NCBI GenBank assembly: GCA_963727445.1
Contig: CAVSGI010000020.1
Location: 128,001 to 192,000, forward strand
Origin: an uncultured delta proteobacterium
Lineage (GTDB): Bacteria > Myxococcota_A > Polyangia > Polyangiales > B10-G4
DNA: 64,000 nucleotides
Direction: 5' to 3'
This document shows positions 49,204-58,402 of the stretch, piece after piece (position 1 is the first letter of the stretch; every line of letters begins with the position of its first letter). The translations under genes and the position numbers were made by a program. The notes beneath the pieces are model-generated. The model was not told the origin of the DNA. It ran no database searches and saw nothing but the letters and a program-made list of their open reading frames with translations.

Positions 49204-51203
49204 CGGGCCCCTGTTCGCAAGGTGAGGTCGACGTAGAAGGAGCGCCCGGGAAGCGGAAAGCCGAGCACGTCCTGGCCGCGCACGTCGAAGAGGTCGGTGA
49301 CCACACCGTCGATCCGCACGCGCCCTTCGAGCACCGCCAGCCCCACGCCGGCGCCCACGCGGGTGCGTCCGGGCGTCACGACCAGATTCGCCGGATCGGC
49401 GTAGCTCCGATGCACGTGGGTCAGGTCGATGAAGAGATCCACGTCGCTGAGCGGCCCGAGGGGCCCGAGGGTTGCGCGCGGGCGTACGTAAGCCGTCAGC
49501 GTCGGCCGCAGCGGCAGACTCCGCTCGCGCGTCAGGTCCACCGCGTTCATCACCGTCAGCGCGCCGGCCACGCCCAGGTAACGGGTGATCGCCAGATCGA
49601 GGCCCGCCTCCACGCCGAGGACGCGTGCCTGCGATACGTTCTCGGGGATCGCCTGGTACTGACTGGTGCGCCGGTAGCGGATCAGATCCTCGACGCGAAG
49701 CGCGAAGCCGCGGGCCTCCACCCGCCCCCGGACGGGGCCCCAGCGTCCGACGGCGACCGCGCCCAGATCCCCGCCGACGGACCGTTCGGGCGAGAGCGTG
49801 GTGTCGCCGAGCAGGTAGCCGCGGTCGCCGAAGAGCTCGGTGAGCGTCGGCAGGCGCACCCCCGACGAGACCGAGCCCACGATCGCCAGGCCCCGCACCA
49901 CCTCCGCCACCGCGCCGAGGCGGAAGGTCGGGGCGGCGGTGGTGGTCGACGTCGCCCGTCCGGAATCCCCGGGGCGGATCTCCGTGAGCCGCGCGTGGTT
50001 GATCTCGATCCGCGCCGAGGGGCGCAGCTCGATGCGCACGTCGCCGATGCGCGGCTTCACGATCCCTTCGAGGGCGGCGATGCCAGCGTGGCGCTCGGAC
50101 GTCGCGACGGACTGGGACAGCGCGTCGTCGGGCGCGAAACGCTCGTAGCGATAGCCGGCGACCATCGCCGCGGAGAGCCAGTCGGTGAGGGCGAGCTCGC
50201 CGTTCGCCATCGCGTTCGCGACCAATAGGCCGTCGTCGGTGGCGCGACGTCCGAGGCCAATCTCGCCGTAGAGATCGGTGAAGCGATTCCGTTCGTAGGT
50301 CGCGCCGCCGTTGATGCCGAAGCTCAGAGGGCGGTCGCCCTCCGCCTCCTCGGCGTAGCCGACCATGCCGCCGTAGCGCGCGAAGGTTCGTCGCGTGGCC
50401 CGGGTCGGCTGTACCGCCGGTCCGGGGACGCCGCCCGTTCGGGTGTAGCCGAAGCCAATCGCGGAGAGCGTTCCGTCGCCCGCATCGGCGCGAAAGTGGG
50501 TGAGGCCGTAGCCCCGGTTGACGGCGCCGTTCTGTCGGGTGGCCTCCCGCTCGTCTCCGGGGGTCAGCGGCGTGCGGTCCTCCACGTAGGGGAAGTTGCC
50601 GTCGGTCCCGTCGTAACCCACCGCCGTCGTCATCGAGACGCCCCCCGGCCTCAGGCCGGTCGCGCCCACCAGGCGCACCGCGCGGGTCCCGAAGGAGCCC
50701 ACCCCCGTGCCGACCTCGGCGAAGGGGTCTTCCTCGACGCGCGGAACGAGGCGCAAGACGCCGCCGATGGCGCCGGTTCCGAGGCGCACGGGCGCCCCGC
50801 CCCGATAGACCTCCACCGCATCGAGGGTCGACACCGGGATGGTGGAGAGGTCGAAGGCCTCCCCATCGCGCCCGAGGGGCATCCGATCGAAGAGCACGCG
50901 CGTGTGCTCGCCGCCGGTGCCGCGGAGCGACAGCGTGGTGTAGCTGCCGAGGGCGCCGAGGGAGAGCGCGCGCGTCCCCGGGCTCTGTCGCAGGAGCTCG
51001 GCGAGGCTCTCTTGCGGGCGTCCGCGATCCGAGGTTTCGATCCTGGTCGCCGCGGCCGTCGGATCCTCCTCGCTGCCCGCGGGGATGGGCCGGTTGACCC
51101 GCGCCGTCGCCCCGTACTGCGCGCGCGCCTGAACCGGCGCGCCGAGCACGCAGAGGCTCGTCATGGCGAGCAGCCCGAGGGCGTGTGTCGTGCCGCGGAA
51201 CAA
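49200..51203 (-). CDS. TonB-dependent receptor, probably for cobalamin (BtuB-like)
   Basis: Plug LSLRG..TRVLFD..VEVYRG; RLPTLTELFG..LSPERS; C-terminal GFPLPGRSFYV; lies downstream of a B12 riboswitch. Confidence 0.9.
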   Translation of the reverse strand: MFRGTTHALGLLAMTSLCVLGAPVQARAQYGATARVNRPIPAGSEEDPTAAATRIETSDRGRPQESLAELLRQSPGTRALSLGALGSYTTLSLRGTGGEHTRVLFDRMPLGRDGEAFDLSTIPVSTLDAVEVYRGGAPVRLGTGAIGGVLRLVPRVEEDPFAEVGTGVGSFGTRAVRLVGATGLRPGGVSMTTAVGYDGTDGNFPYVEDRTPLTPGDEREATRQNGAVNRGYGLTHFRADAGDGTLSAIGFGYTRTGGVPGPAVQPTRATRRTFARYGGMVGYAEEAEGDRPLSFGINGGATYERNRFTDLYGEIGLGRRATDDGLLVANAMANGELALTDWLSAAMVAGYRYERFAPDDALSQSVATSERHAGIAALEGIVKPRIGDVRIELRPSARIEINHARLTEIRPGDSGRATSTTTAAPTFRLGAVAEVVRGLAIVGSVSSGVRLPTLTELFGDRGYLLGDTTLSPERSVGGDLGAVAVGRWGPVRGRVEARGFALRVEDLIRYRRTSQYQAIPENVSQARVLGVEAGLDLAITRYLGVAGALTVMNAVDLTRERSLPLRPTLTAYVRPRATLGPLGPLSDVDLFIDLTHVHRSYADPANLVVTPGRTRVGAGVGLAVLEGRVRIDGVVTDLFDVRGQDVLGFPLPGRSFYVDLTLRTGAR

Positions 51204-51206
51204 CGT

Positions 51207-51839
51207 CTACTCGCGGTGGATCACCGCAATCGCGTCGAGGTCGAAGCCGACGTTGTCGCCGCCGAAGCCGCGATCGATGCCCGCGTCTTCGATGCGGACG
51301 AAGCGCGCGCGCGACATGCCCACGACCTCGAGGTCGAAGACGTCACCTCCCGCCGCGACCGGGTCGGTGGGATCGATGTCGTTTTCGTCGGCGTTGGCGA
51401 AGACCGGCGCGAGCCCCGCGCAGCCTTCGAAGTCGGGGCTGTTCGTGTCGCAGGGGAACGGGGTCCAGGTGTCGCCGTCCTCGCTGAGCGAGACGATCCC
51501 CGGTTCGGTGAAGAGCGCTGTGCCTGCGAATCGAAAGGCGTTCTCGAAGACGATCATGTCCGCGCCCGGGCCGTCGACGACGGTGGAGCCGAGCTCGAGC
51601 TCGATGGTGCCGTGCAGGCCGAGCGAGAGGGTGTCCGTCGAGCCCATGCCGAGGCCGCCGCCGTGCGGCGGGCCGAGGACGATGTCGGGGAGCATGGCCT
51701 CGCCGAAGCCCGCCCCTTCGCCGAGCTCGTAGTCCATCACGCGGATGGCGAAGGCGCTTCCGGGCGCGAGGTCACCATCGCCTCCGCAGGCGCCGAGGGC
51801 GAGGGACAAGACGAGCGCCGTTGTCGTCGTCCGCCTCAT
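51207..51839 (-). CDS. Cell-surface lipoprotein, candidate B12-binding (BtuH-like) domain
   Basis: LGAC lipobox; LSLG..VDGPGADMIVFENAF..EPGIVSLSEDG..GGDVFDL..GFDLDAI. Confidence 0.75.
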   Translation of the reverse strand: MRRTTTTALVLSLALGACGGDGDLAPGSAFAIRVMDYELGEGAGFGEAMLPDIVLGPPHGGGLGMGSTDTLSLGLHGTIELELGSTVVDGPGADMIVFENAFRFAGTALFTEPGIVSLSEDGDTWTPFPCDTNSPDFEGCAGLAPVFANADENDIDPTDPVAAGGDVFDLEVVGMSRARFVRIEDAGIDRGFGGDNVGFDLDAIAVIHRE

Positions 51840-53104
51840 GGGACCGCCACCACACCGAGGACCGGCAGGTCGCCGAAGGTGAAGCGCCCGGCGGCCGGGG
51901 TCGTCTCGTCGCCGGTGACCGCGTCGAAGGAGGCGAGGCCCGGGGAGCTGCCGCCGCGCGCCCACGCCCACACCGTGCCTCGATGCACGTACAGACCGTC
52001 AATCTCGCTGGCGACGGTCACGGGCGTGATGGTGTCCTCGGCTGGATTGAGCGAGACCAGGTCGGTGCCGGCGAGGACGAGGACCCGGCTCGGCGAGACC
52101 ACGGAGAAGCCGTTGATCTCCGCCGATAGATCGGACTCGCTGACCACGACGCCCATGGTGGTCGCGGCTCCGAGGTCCACCGCTTCGATCTGGCCGTCGA
52201 TGGCGAAGTTGTCGCCGGTGGTGCCGACGTAGAGGATGTCTGTGGCCGCGTCGTGTTGGAGACCGCGCCAGGGGTTTTCACCCGCGAGGTCGATCCCCTG
52301 AAGCCCGTCGACGGTGTCGTCCATGTCGACCGGCATCCGGGTGCTGAGGTCGATCACCGCGAGCTCCGAGCCCTGGAAGTGGATCGCGAAGGAGGCGTCG
52401 AAGAAGTAGTTCCCGAGCGCCACGTAGAGCCGCTCGCCGACGATGATCGCGTCGGAGGCGTCCACCACGCCGTCCATGTCGCCGCTCTTCAGGTAGCCGG
52501 AGAGGTCAATCTCGCCGATCACCGCGCCCATCTGCGGATCGATGATCGTCACGGCGTTCTGAGCTTGCGCGACCACATACGCCTCGTTCGGGCCCGCGGC
52601 GACGATCGTCTGAGGATTCGACGCATACGGTCCCATGCTCCCGGCGGGATCGACGTCGATGGTCCGCGCCACCATCGTCGGATCGGAGGCATCCATCACC
52701 ATGGCCTCGCCCGCACCCCGCGACAGGACGTAGCCCTGGCAGAAGGCGCTCGCCGGTGCGCTGTCGGTATCCGGAAGGTCCTCCGCGCCGGCGACCGTCG
52801 TCAGGTCGCTGAGCGTCAGGACCCCGAGACCCGCGCGGCTGAAGTCGGCAGCGGTGGTCACCACCAACAGATGCCCGAGGTCGTCCTCCGTGCAGCTCGG
52901 CACGCCCCCATCGCCCCCCGCGTCGCCTGCGGCATCGGGGGTCGCATCGGCCATGGCATCCGGCGCGACGGAGGTGTCGGCGTCGCCCATGCCTCCGTCG
53001 CCGGGGGGTAGGCCGGTGTCGGCCATTCCTCCGTCGTCACCACAGGCGCTCGCCATCGCGACGACTGCCGCCATCGCCCAGGCACTCCTCTTCTTCGTTC
53101 CCAT
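51836..53104 (-). CDS. YncE/BtuG-like beta-propeller lipoprotein
   Basis: ASAC lipobox; DGG linker; SNPQTIV..AYV, GEIDLS, RLYVAL, GENP. Confidence 0.75.
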   Translation of the reverse strand: MGTKKRSAWAMAAVVAMASACGDDGGMADTGLPPGDGGMGDADTSVAPDAMADATPDAAGDAGGDGGVPSCTEDDLGHLLVVTTAADFSRAGLGVLTLSDLTTVAGAEDLPDTDSAPASAFCQGYVLSRGAGEAMVMDASDPTMVARTIDVDPAGSMGPYASNPQTIVAAGPNEAYVVAQAQNAVTIIDPQMGAVIGEIDLSGYLKSGDMDGVVDASDAIIVGERLYVALGNYFFDASFAIHFQGSELAVIDLSTRMPVDMDDTVDGLQGIDLAGENPWRGLQHDAATDILYVGTTGDNFAIDGQIEAVDLGAATTMGVVVSESDLSAEINGFSVVSPSRVLVLAGTDLVSLNPAEDTITPVTVASEIDGLYVHRGTVWAWARGGSSPGLASFDAVTGDETTPAAGRFTFGDLPVLGVVAVP

Positions 53105-53227
53105 CTCGGTCTCCTGACGCACCGACCCGTGCGTCTGACCGCGGGGAGTGAGGGAGCGAGTGCGCGCAGGAGCGACGAGCGCCGAGGCGTGCACCTTCAC
53201 CTTCACCCCGAAGGCGGTCGGTTCGTG

Positions 53228-53434
53228 GCGCGCCCGGCAGGTCTCCTGACTTCCGGTTCATCCTCCGGCGAGCGCCTTCCCAGTCTCCGTCGAGACCAGT
53301 GGCTCCATTGCTCACCTTCGTCCTCGGTCACAGTGGCGGGGGCCGCGCCGGTCTTTCACCGGCTTCCCTCTTCGACTCGCCAGCGACATCATCGTCGCTG
53401 CCAACGTCTCTCACGCATGCGTGACCAGGCGCGC
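53228..53434 (-). ncRNA. Cobalamin (B12) riboswitch
   Basis: Minus strand AAGAGGGAAGCCGGTGAAAGACCGGCGCGGCCCCCGCCACTGT...GCCACTGG..CTGGGAAGGC...AAGTCAGGAGACCTGCC; P1 pairing GCGCGCCTGGT/GCCGGGCGCGC. Confidence 0.95.
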
Positions 53435-53543
53435 TATTGATTGATCAGCCTCGTTCTTCGGCGTCTCCTCCGTGCCCCACCGTGATAGGCCACCCAAATC
53501 TCCCGGTCAACCGACCCCCCCCTTCGTGTAGGATTCGGGCTCG

Positions 53544-54356
53544 GTGACGCTCTCCCTCCTCCTCGCTCCTTCCATCGGGATGGCCCGCGCCAAGGCGCGG
53601 GCGGAGCTGCTCTCGAGCGCGCTGAGCACGACCCTCGGCGAGGACACCGAGGTGCAGATGCCCGAGAGCTACGACGAGCTCACGCTGCGCGCCCTCGAGG
53701 GCTCCGCCCATCTGATCTGGGCGCCGCCCTCGCTCTGCGCTCGCCTCGAAGAGACGGCGCGCGCGATCTACCGATGCGTGCGCCGCGGTCGCGGTACCTA
53801 TCGGTCGGCGATCGTGACCCGCAAAGGCGAGGTGCAGGACCTCAGCGATCTTCAGGGCAAGCGAGCGGTGTGGGTGGACCCCCTCTCTCTCGGCGGGCAT
53901 CTCCTCGCGATCGATTACCTCCGCCGGGAGGGCCTCGAACCAGCAAGCCTCTTCTCCGAGCAGTCCTTCGCCGGTTCCTATCCCGAGGCGCTTCGGGCGG
54001 TGGTGCACGAGCGCGCCGACGTCACGGCCATCTCGACGCCCGACGGCGCACAGCAGTCCATCGACAGTTCGATCACGCTCTTCGGCGGCACTCTTCAGGC
54101 GGAGCGCCTGACCTCGATCGCGGTCACCCAGGAGACGCCGAACGACGCGCTGGTGTTCAGCACCGCGCTGAGCGCCGAGCGGGTCGACGAGCTGACGACC
54201 CGCGCCTTCGGCACCAAGGACGCGCCCAAAGTGCCGTCCTCGCTCTGCATGGCGCTCGAGGCCGACGGCTTCGAACGGGTGGACGTCTCTGAATACGCCT
54301 TCGTGCGACGGCTCCTCGAAGAAGCGACGATCCCCGAGCTGCCGCCGTCGGCCTGA
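53544..54356 (+). CDS. PhnD/phosphonate-binding-fold protein, stand-alone
   Basis: SYDEL, YRSAIV, DLQGKRAVWVDPLSLGG, FAGSY, PNDALV. Confidence 0.8.
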   Translation: MTLSLLLAPSIGMARAKARAELLSSALSTTLGEDTEVQMPESYDELTLRALEGSAHLIWAPPSLCARLEETARAIYRCVRRGRGTYRSAIVTRKGEVQDLSDLQGKRAVWVDPLSLGGHLLAIDYLRREGLEPASLFSEQSFAGSYPEALRAVVHERADVTAISTPDGAQQSIDSSITLFGGTLQAERLTSIAVTQETPNDALVFSTALSAERVDELTTRAFGTKDAPKVPSSLCMALEADGFERVDVSEYAFVRRLLEEATIPELPPSA

Positions 54357-54376
54357 GCGGCTCGAGCTAAATGAAT

Positions 54377-55468
54377 TCAGAAGCCTTCGTCCCGGAGGAA
54401 GTGCGCCAGGTCGATGTAGAGCTGGCGGTGGTCGAAGTCGTTGCCGATGCCCGGTGAATCGCCGGCGAGCTGGCCGACCTCGTCCAGGTGGTCGGCCGGG
54501 ACGCATCCGAGGAAGCGGCCCCAGCGCGCGTCGACCACCCGCACCAGCCCATCGTTGGGGAAGGGGTCACCCAGGCCGCCGTCGAGGATGGCTTCGCTCA
54601 CGCTGAGGAGCGGATCGACCGTGTCGCGGTCGCCCGAGTACCGGTCGATCCAGGCGGGCGCGTCGGCGTTGTCGCAGGCAGAGCCCCAGTTCAGCGCCGT
54701 GACGCCGGTGAGCGAGTAGTACTCGACGTCGATGCGATCGGTGTAGGTCGCGTTGAACTCGGCGATGCCCTCGGTGGAGAACTGCTCGAGCCCGGCGACC
54801 ACGCTCGTCGAATCGCCGGCGGCGTCGTAGAGCGGCGAACCGATGACGCGCACCAGCTCGTCGACCAGATCGCGGAGGCGCGGGTCGGAGACCGCGCCGA
54901 GCACCACGTCGGAGATCTTCGAGCCGCGGTGCGGCGTGGCGACGGTGGTGACCGAGGCGACGAGATCCGATCGATCGTGCGCCACCACGCGGGCGTCGAG
55001 CCCACCCTGGGAGTGGCCCACGATGTTGACCTTGGCGTGGCCGGTCATGGCGAGGATGTCTTCGATCTGCGACGCGAGCTCCGTGCCGCGGACCGTCGAG
55101 TCGTTGAAGGGGTCGACCTCGGTCACGAAGACCAGCGTCTCGCCGTCGGCTTCGAGCGCATCCTTCACGCCGTAGAAATAGTCGAGGAAGCCCGCCCCGG
55201 CGAAGTCGTCGAAACCGAAGAAGCCGTGCGCGAGGACGATGGGATAGGGCGGACCGAGGCCGGGGGACGCGTCGGCGTCCCGTCCGACGACGCCGCCATC
55301 GCGGGGCGAGCCTACGTCCGCGTCACCAGCGTCGGCTGCATCCGAGGCGCCGACGTCCGTGCTCGCGTCCCCCATCGTGGTTGCATCGCCGCCACAAGAG
55401 GAGACGGCGAGAGCCAGCATCGCGGCGGCCGCCACGCGAAACGAGCCCTGATTTGGCCACACACTCAT
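54377..55468 (-). CDS. Triacylglycerol lipase (family I-like) lipoprotein
   Basis: YPIVLAHG, GHSQGG, ATPHRGS, NDGLV, DHLDEVGQ; VSSC lipobox. Confidence 0.92.
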   Translation of the reverse strand: MSVWPNQGSFRVAAAAMLALAVSSCGGDATTMGDASTDVGASDAADAGDADVGSPRDGGVVGRDADASPGLGPPYPIVLAHGFFGFDDFAGAGFLDYFYGVKDALEADGETLVFVTEVDPFNDSTVRGTELASQIEDILAMTGHAKVNIVGHSQGGLDARVVAHDRSDLVASVTTVATPHRGSKISDVVLGAVSDPRLRDLVDELVRVIGSPLYDAAGDSTSVVAGLEQFSTEGIAEFNATYTDRIDVEYYSLTGVTALNWGSACDNADAPAWIDRYSGDRDTVDPLLSVSEAILDGGLGDPFPNDGLVRVVDARWGRFLGCVPADHLDEVGQLAGDSPGIGNDFDHRQLYIDLAHFLRDEGF

Positions 55469-55526
55469 CGACGGAGGAACGATGCGCCATCGGTGGCGAC
55501 CGTCAAGTGAGCGTTCGGGTTCTAGT

Positions 55527-56433
55527 CTAGCTTCGGAGAAGGCGCGGCGGCAAGCACGCGGCCAGGCGTGGCGGGGACTTGACGCGCGCGGCGGGCGGCT
55601 CGGCCGCAGGCCCCAGACGTATTGCGAGGCGTTCGAGCGCCTCGCCGAGCGCGTCCAGCCCACCTTCGAATGCCGACGGGTCGCGCGCGGAGGCGCGCGC
55701 CACGAGCTCGGCGAGCGCGCGTTCCTCCTCGCTCTCGGCAGGCAGCGGCGGCATGTCTCGTTCCAGTATTGCGCGCACCGTGTCGAAGACGTTTTCGCGC
55801 GCCATCGCGAGCCGCCCGGTGGCGAGCGCGTGGAGAATGGCGCCGATTCTCGCGGACGGCCATCGCCGGCTCGAGGCGCAAGCCCTTGGCTCGCCCCGGT
55901 GACATCAGCGCGACTCGGCTCGACGGGAAGGTAGGGGCGTCGCAGCGCGCGATCCGCACCAGACGCGCGCCGGCTGGCTCCTGGGCTCGGGTGATCCCAT
56001 CGGCGCCGACGACGATCGAGTCCAGGTCGGGGTCGAAGGTGCACGGGCCGAGCGCGTGCGCCGCGAGGTAGGAGGCGGCGGCGCAGAGATCGCGACCCAC
56101 GCCGACCACCGTCGCGGGGGGAAGTGGGCCCGCAGAGACGACCTCTCCGAGCGACCATCCCTCGGTGCCCTCGATCAGGCAGGCATCCTCGCTCTCGGGC
56201 CAGAGCGCAGGGCCCCACAGGTGGGGCTCGCGGAAGCGCAACGCGACGCGCGCCTCGTCGATGGAGACAGCCACGAACTGGTCCGTCGTCGCCTCGAAGA
56301 CCCGAACCACGGCGCGTCCCGTGGATGCACGGTAGGGCCCGTCCGGCTTCGCACCGGCGCGCCCCGCGCGGTACCAGCGCGACCACTCGTCGCGTCCGAG
56401 CTCCGCGATCAGATCGTAGCCGAGCGCTTCCAC
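55527..56433 (-). pseudogene. Degenerate protein-kinase-fold gene, frameshifted near 55850
   Basis: YDLIAELG, DEARVA, EGWSL..GPLP, LMSP, then IGAILHALATGR..DTVRAIL in another frame; lacks HRD and DFG. Confidence 0.6.
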
Positions 56434-56576
56434 GGAGCGTTCACTCTCCCCAGATGCGCTGGTTCATCGATCCCATGGGCCCACCGACATCATAGCCGAG
56501 CGTGGACCCACGCTCGCGGCCCCGCGGCTCGCCCAGGGGCCGCGCGGCCTCGTTCGGCGACCTCTTCGGGCACGCG

Positions 56577-57380
56577 CTAATCCGCATCGCCCTCGGCCGG
56601 TCCCCTCACTGACAACGCGATGTCGTCGCCATCGCTGAGCACCTTGGCTTCGACCCCGAAGACCTCGCGCATCACCGCGGGGTCGAGCACCTCCATCGGC
56701 CTTCCATCGGCGTGCACCTTGCCCGCGCGGAGCAGGATCAGGCGATCGGCGAAGCGGGCCGCCAGCGACAGGTCGTGGATCGCGAGGAGCGCGGCGCCGC
56801 CTGCGTCGACGTGGCCGCGGACCAGGTGCATCAGGCGGTAGGCGTGGGCGAGATCCAGGCTCGCGGTGGGCTCGTCGAGGAGCAGCAGCGCGCCGCCCTG
56901 GGCGAAGGCGCGGGCGAGCACCACTCGCTGGCGCTCCCCGCCCGAGAGCTCGGGGAAGGGACGCTCCGCGAGGGCTTCGAGCTCGGTGACGCGGAGCGCG
57001 TCCTGAACCTTCTTGCGGTCGTCGTCGCCGGGGAGCCGGAAGCGGCCGAGATGCGGTGTCCTGCCCATCGCGACCATCTCGCGCACCGTCAGCTCGAAGT
57101 CGGTCGAGAAGCCCTGCGGCACGAAGGAGGCGAGGCGCGCGATCTCGGCGCGCTCGAGCATCGACACGTCCTCGCCGAAGAGCGTCACCGTTCCCGCCTT
57201 GGCCGGCAGGATGCCGAGGAGCGTGCGGAGCAGGGTGCTCTTGCCCGCGCCGTTGGGGCCAGCGATGGCGACCAGCTCGCCGAGACGCACCGAGAGAGAG
57301 AGCGCCTCGAAGATGGACGCGTCGCCATAGCGCTGAGCGATCCCCGTCGCCTCGACGGCCACGCGCGTCTCTTCGCTCAT
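56577..57380 (-). CDS. Cobalamin/Fe-siderophore ABC transporter ATPase (BtuD/FepC-like)
   Basis: GPNGAGKST, MGRTPH, LSGGERQR, LLLDEPT. Confidence 0.93.
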   Translation of the reverse strand: MSEETRVAVEATGIAQRYGDASIFEALSLSVRLGELVAIAGPNGAGKSTLLRTLLGILPAKAGTVTLFGEDVSMLERAEIARLASFVPQGFSTDFELTVREMVAMGRTPHLGRFRLPGDDDRKKVQDALRVTELEALAERPFPELSGGERQRVVLARAFAQGGALLLLDEPTASLDLAHAYRLMHLVRGHVDAGGAALLAIHDLSLAARFADRLILLRAGKVHADGRPMEVLDPAVMREVFGVEAKVLSDGDDIALSVRGPAEGDAD

Positions 57381-58402
57381 GCGCGGCTCCTCGCCTGGTG
57401 GCGCACCAGGAGCCAGAGGAAGAAGGGGCCGCCGGTGAGCGCCGTGACCACCCCGAGGCGCAGGTCCGCTGCGGGCGCGAGTCGGCAGACCACGTCGGCC
57501 CAGACGACGAAGATGGCCCCGGTGAAGAAGCTCGCCGGCACCAACAACGCGTGTCGCGGCCCGGTCAACAGGCGCACGATGTGCGGCACCATCAAGCCGA
57601 CGAAGCCGACGATCCCCGTGACCGCGACGGTGGCGCCGGTCACCAGCGACGACAGGATGAGGAGCGCGCGCTTGACGCGTGGTACGTCGACGCCCACCGC
57701 GAGCGCGCTCTCCTCTCCGGTGATCAGCGCGTCGAGGTCGCGCGCGTAGGTGGTGAGCCAGAGCGAGCCCAGGACGACCACCGGGGCCGACATCGCGACG
57801 TGGGACCAGCTCCGCCCGTCGAGGCTCCCCATCAGCCAGCCGAGCATGTGGCGGCCGACCTCCCAGTCGGCGAGGGAGAGCGACAGGACGAAGGAGACCA
57901 GCGCTGCGGCGATGCCCGACACCGCGACCCCGGCGAGTAGGAGTGTGGTCACCGGCGTCCGACCGCGCGAGGTCGACAGGCCGTAGACCAACGCCGCGGT
58001 GCCGAGCGCGCCCGCGAAGGCGGCGAAGGGCACGAGGAAGGTCGAAGCGGCCGCGGCGCCGGCGTAGAGCGCGATCACCGCACCCAGCGCGGCGCCCGAG
58101 GAGACGCCGATCACGCCGGGATCGGCCATCGGGTTTCGAAAGAGCGACTGCATCACCGCGCCCGCGGTCGCGAGGCCTGCGCCGGTGGAGGCGGCGAGAG
58201 CGACGCGGGGCAGGCGCACCGAGAGCAGGACGGCGCGCTGCCACTCGGGGATGTTCGGGTCGGGACTGCCGAAGAGCGCGCTCCAGACGATGGCGAACGC
58301 GCGTCCCACGCCGAGGTCCGCCGAGCCGAGCGCCGCGGCGACGACCATCGACAGCGCGAGGAGCACGATCATCGCCGCGAGGATCATCGCCGAACGCTTC
58401 AC
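57377..58402 (-). CDS. FecCD/BtuC family ABC permease
   Basis: RLPRV, QSLFRNPMADP, GEESALAVGV, GIVGFVGLMVPH, GGPFF. Confidence 0.93.
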   Translation of the reverse strand: MKRSAMILAAMIVLLALSMVVAAALGSADLGVGRAFAIVWSALFGSPDPNIPEWQRAVLLSVRLPRVALAASTGAGLATAGAVMQSLFRNPMADPGVIGVSSGAALGAVIALYAGAAAASTFLVPFAAFAGALGTAALVYGLSTSRGRTPVTTLLLAGVAVSGIAAALVSFVLSLSLADWEVGRHMLGWLMGSLDGRSWSHVAMSAPVVVLGSLWLTTYARDLDALITGEESALAVGVDVPRVKRALLILSSLVTGATVAVTGIVGFVGLMVPHIVRLLTGPRHALLVPASFFTGAIFVVWADVVCRLAPAADLRLGVVTALTGGPFFLWLLVRHQARSRA

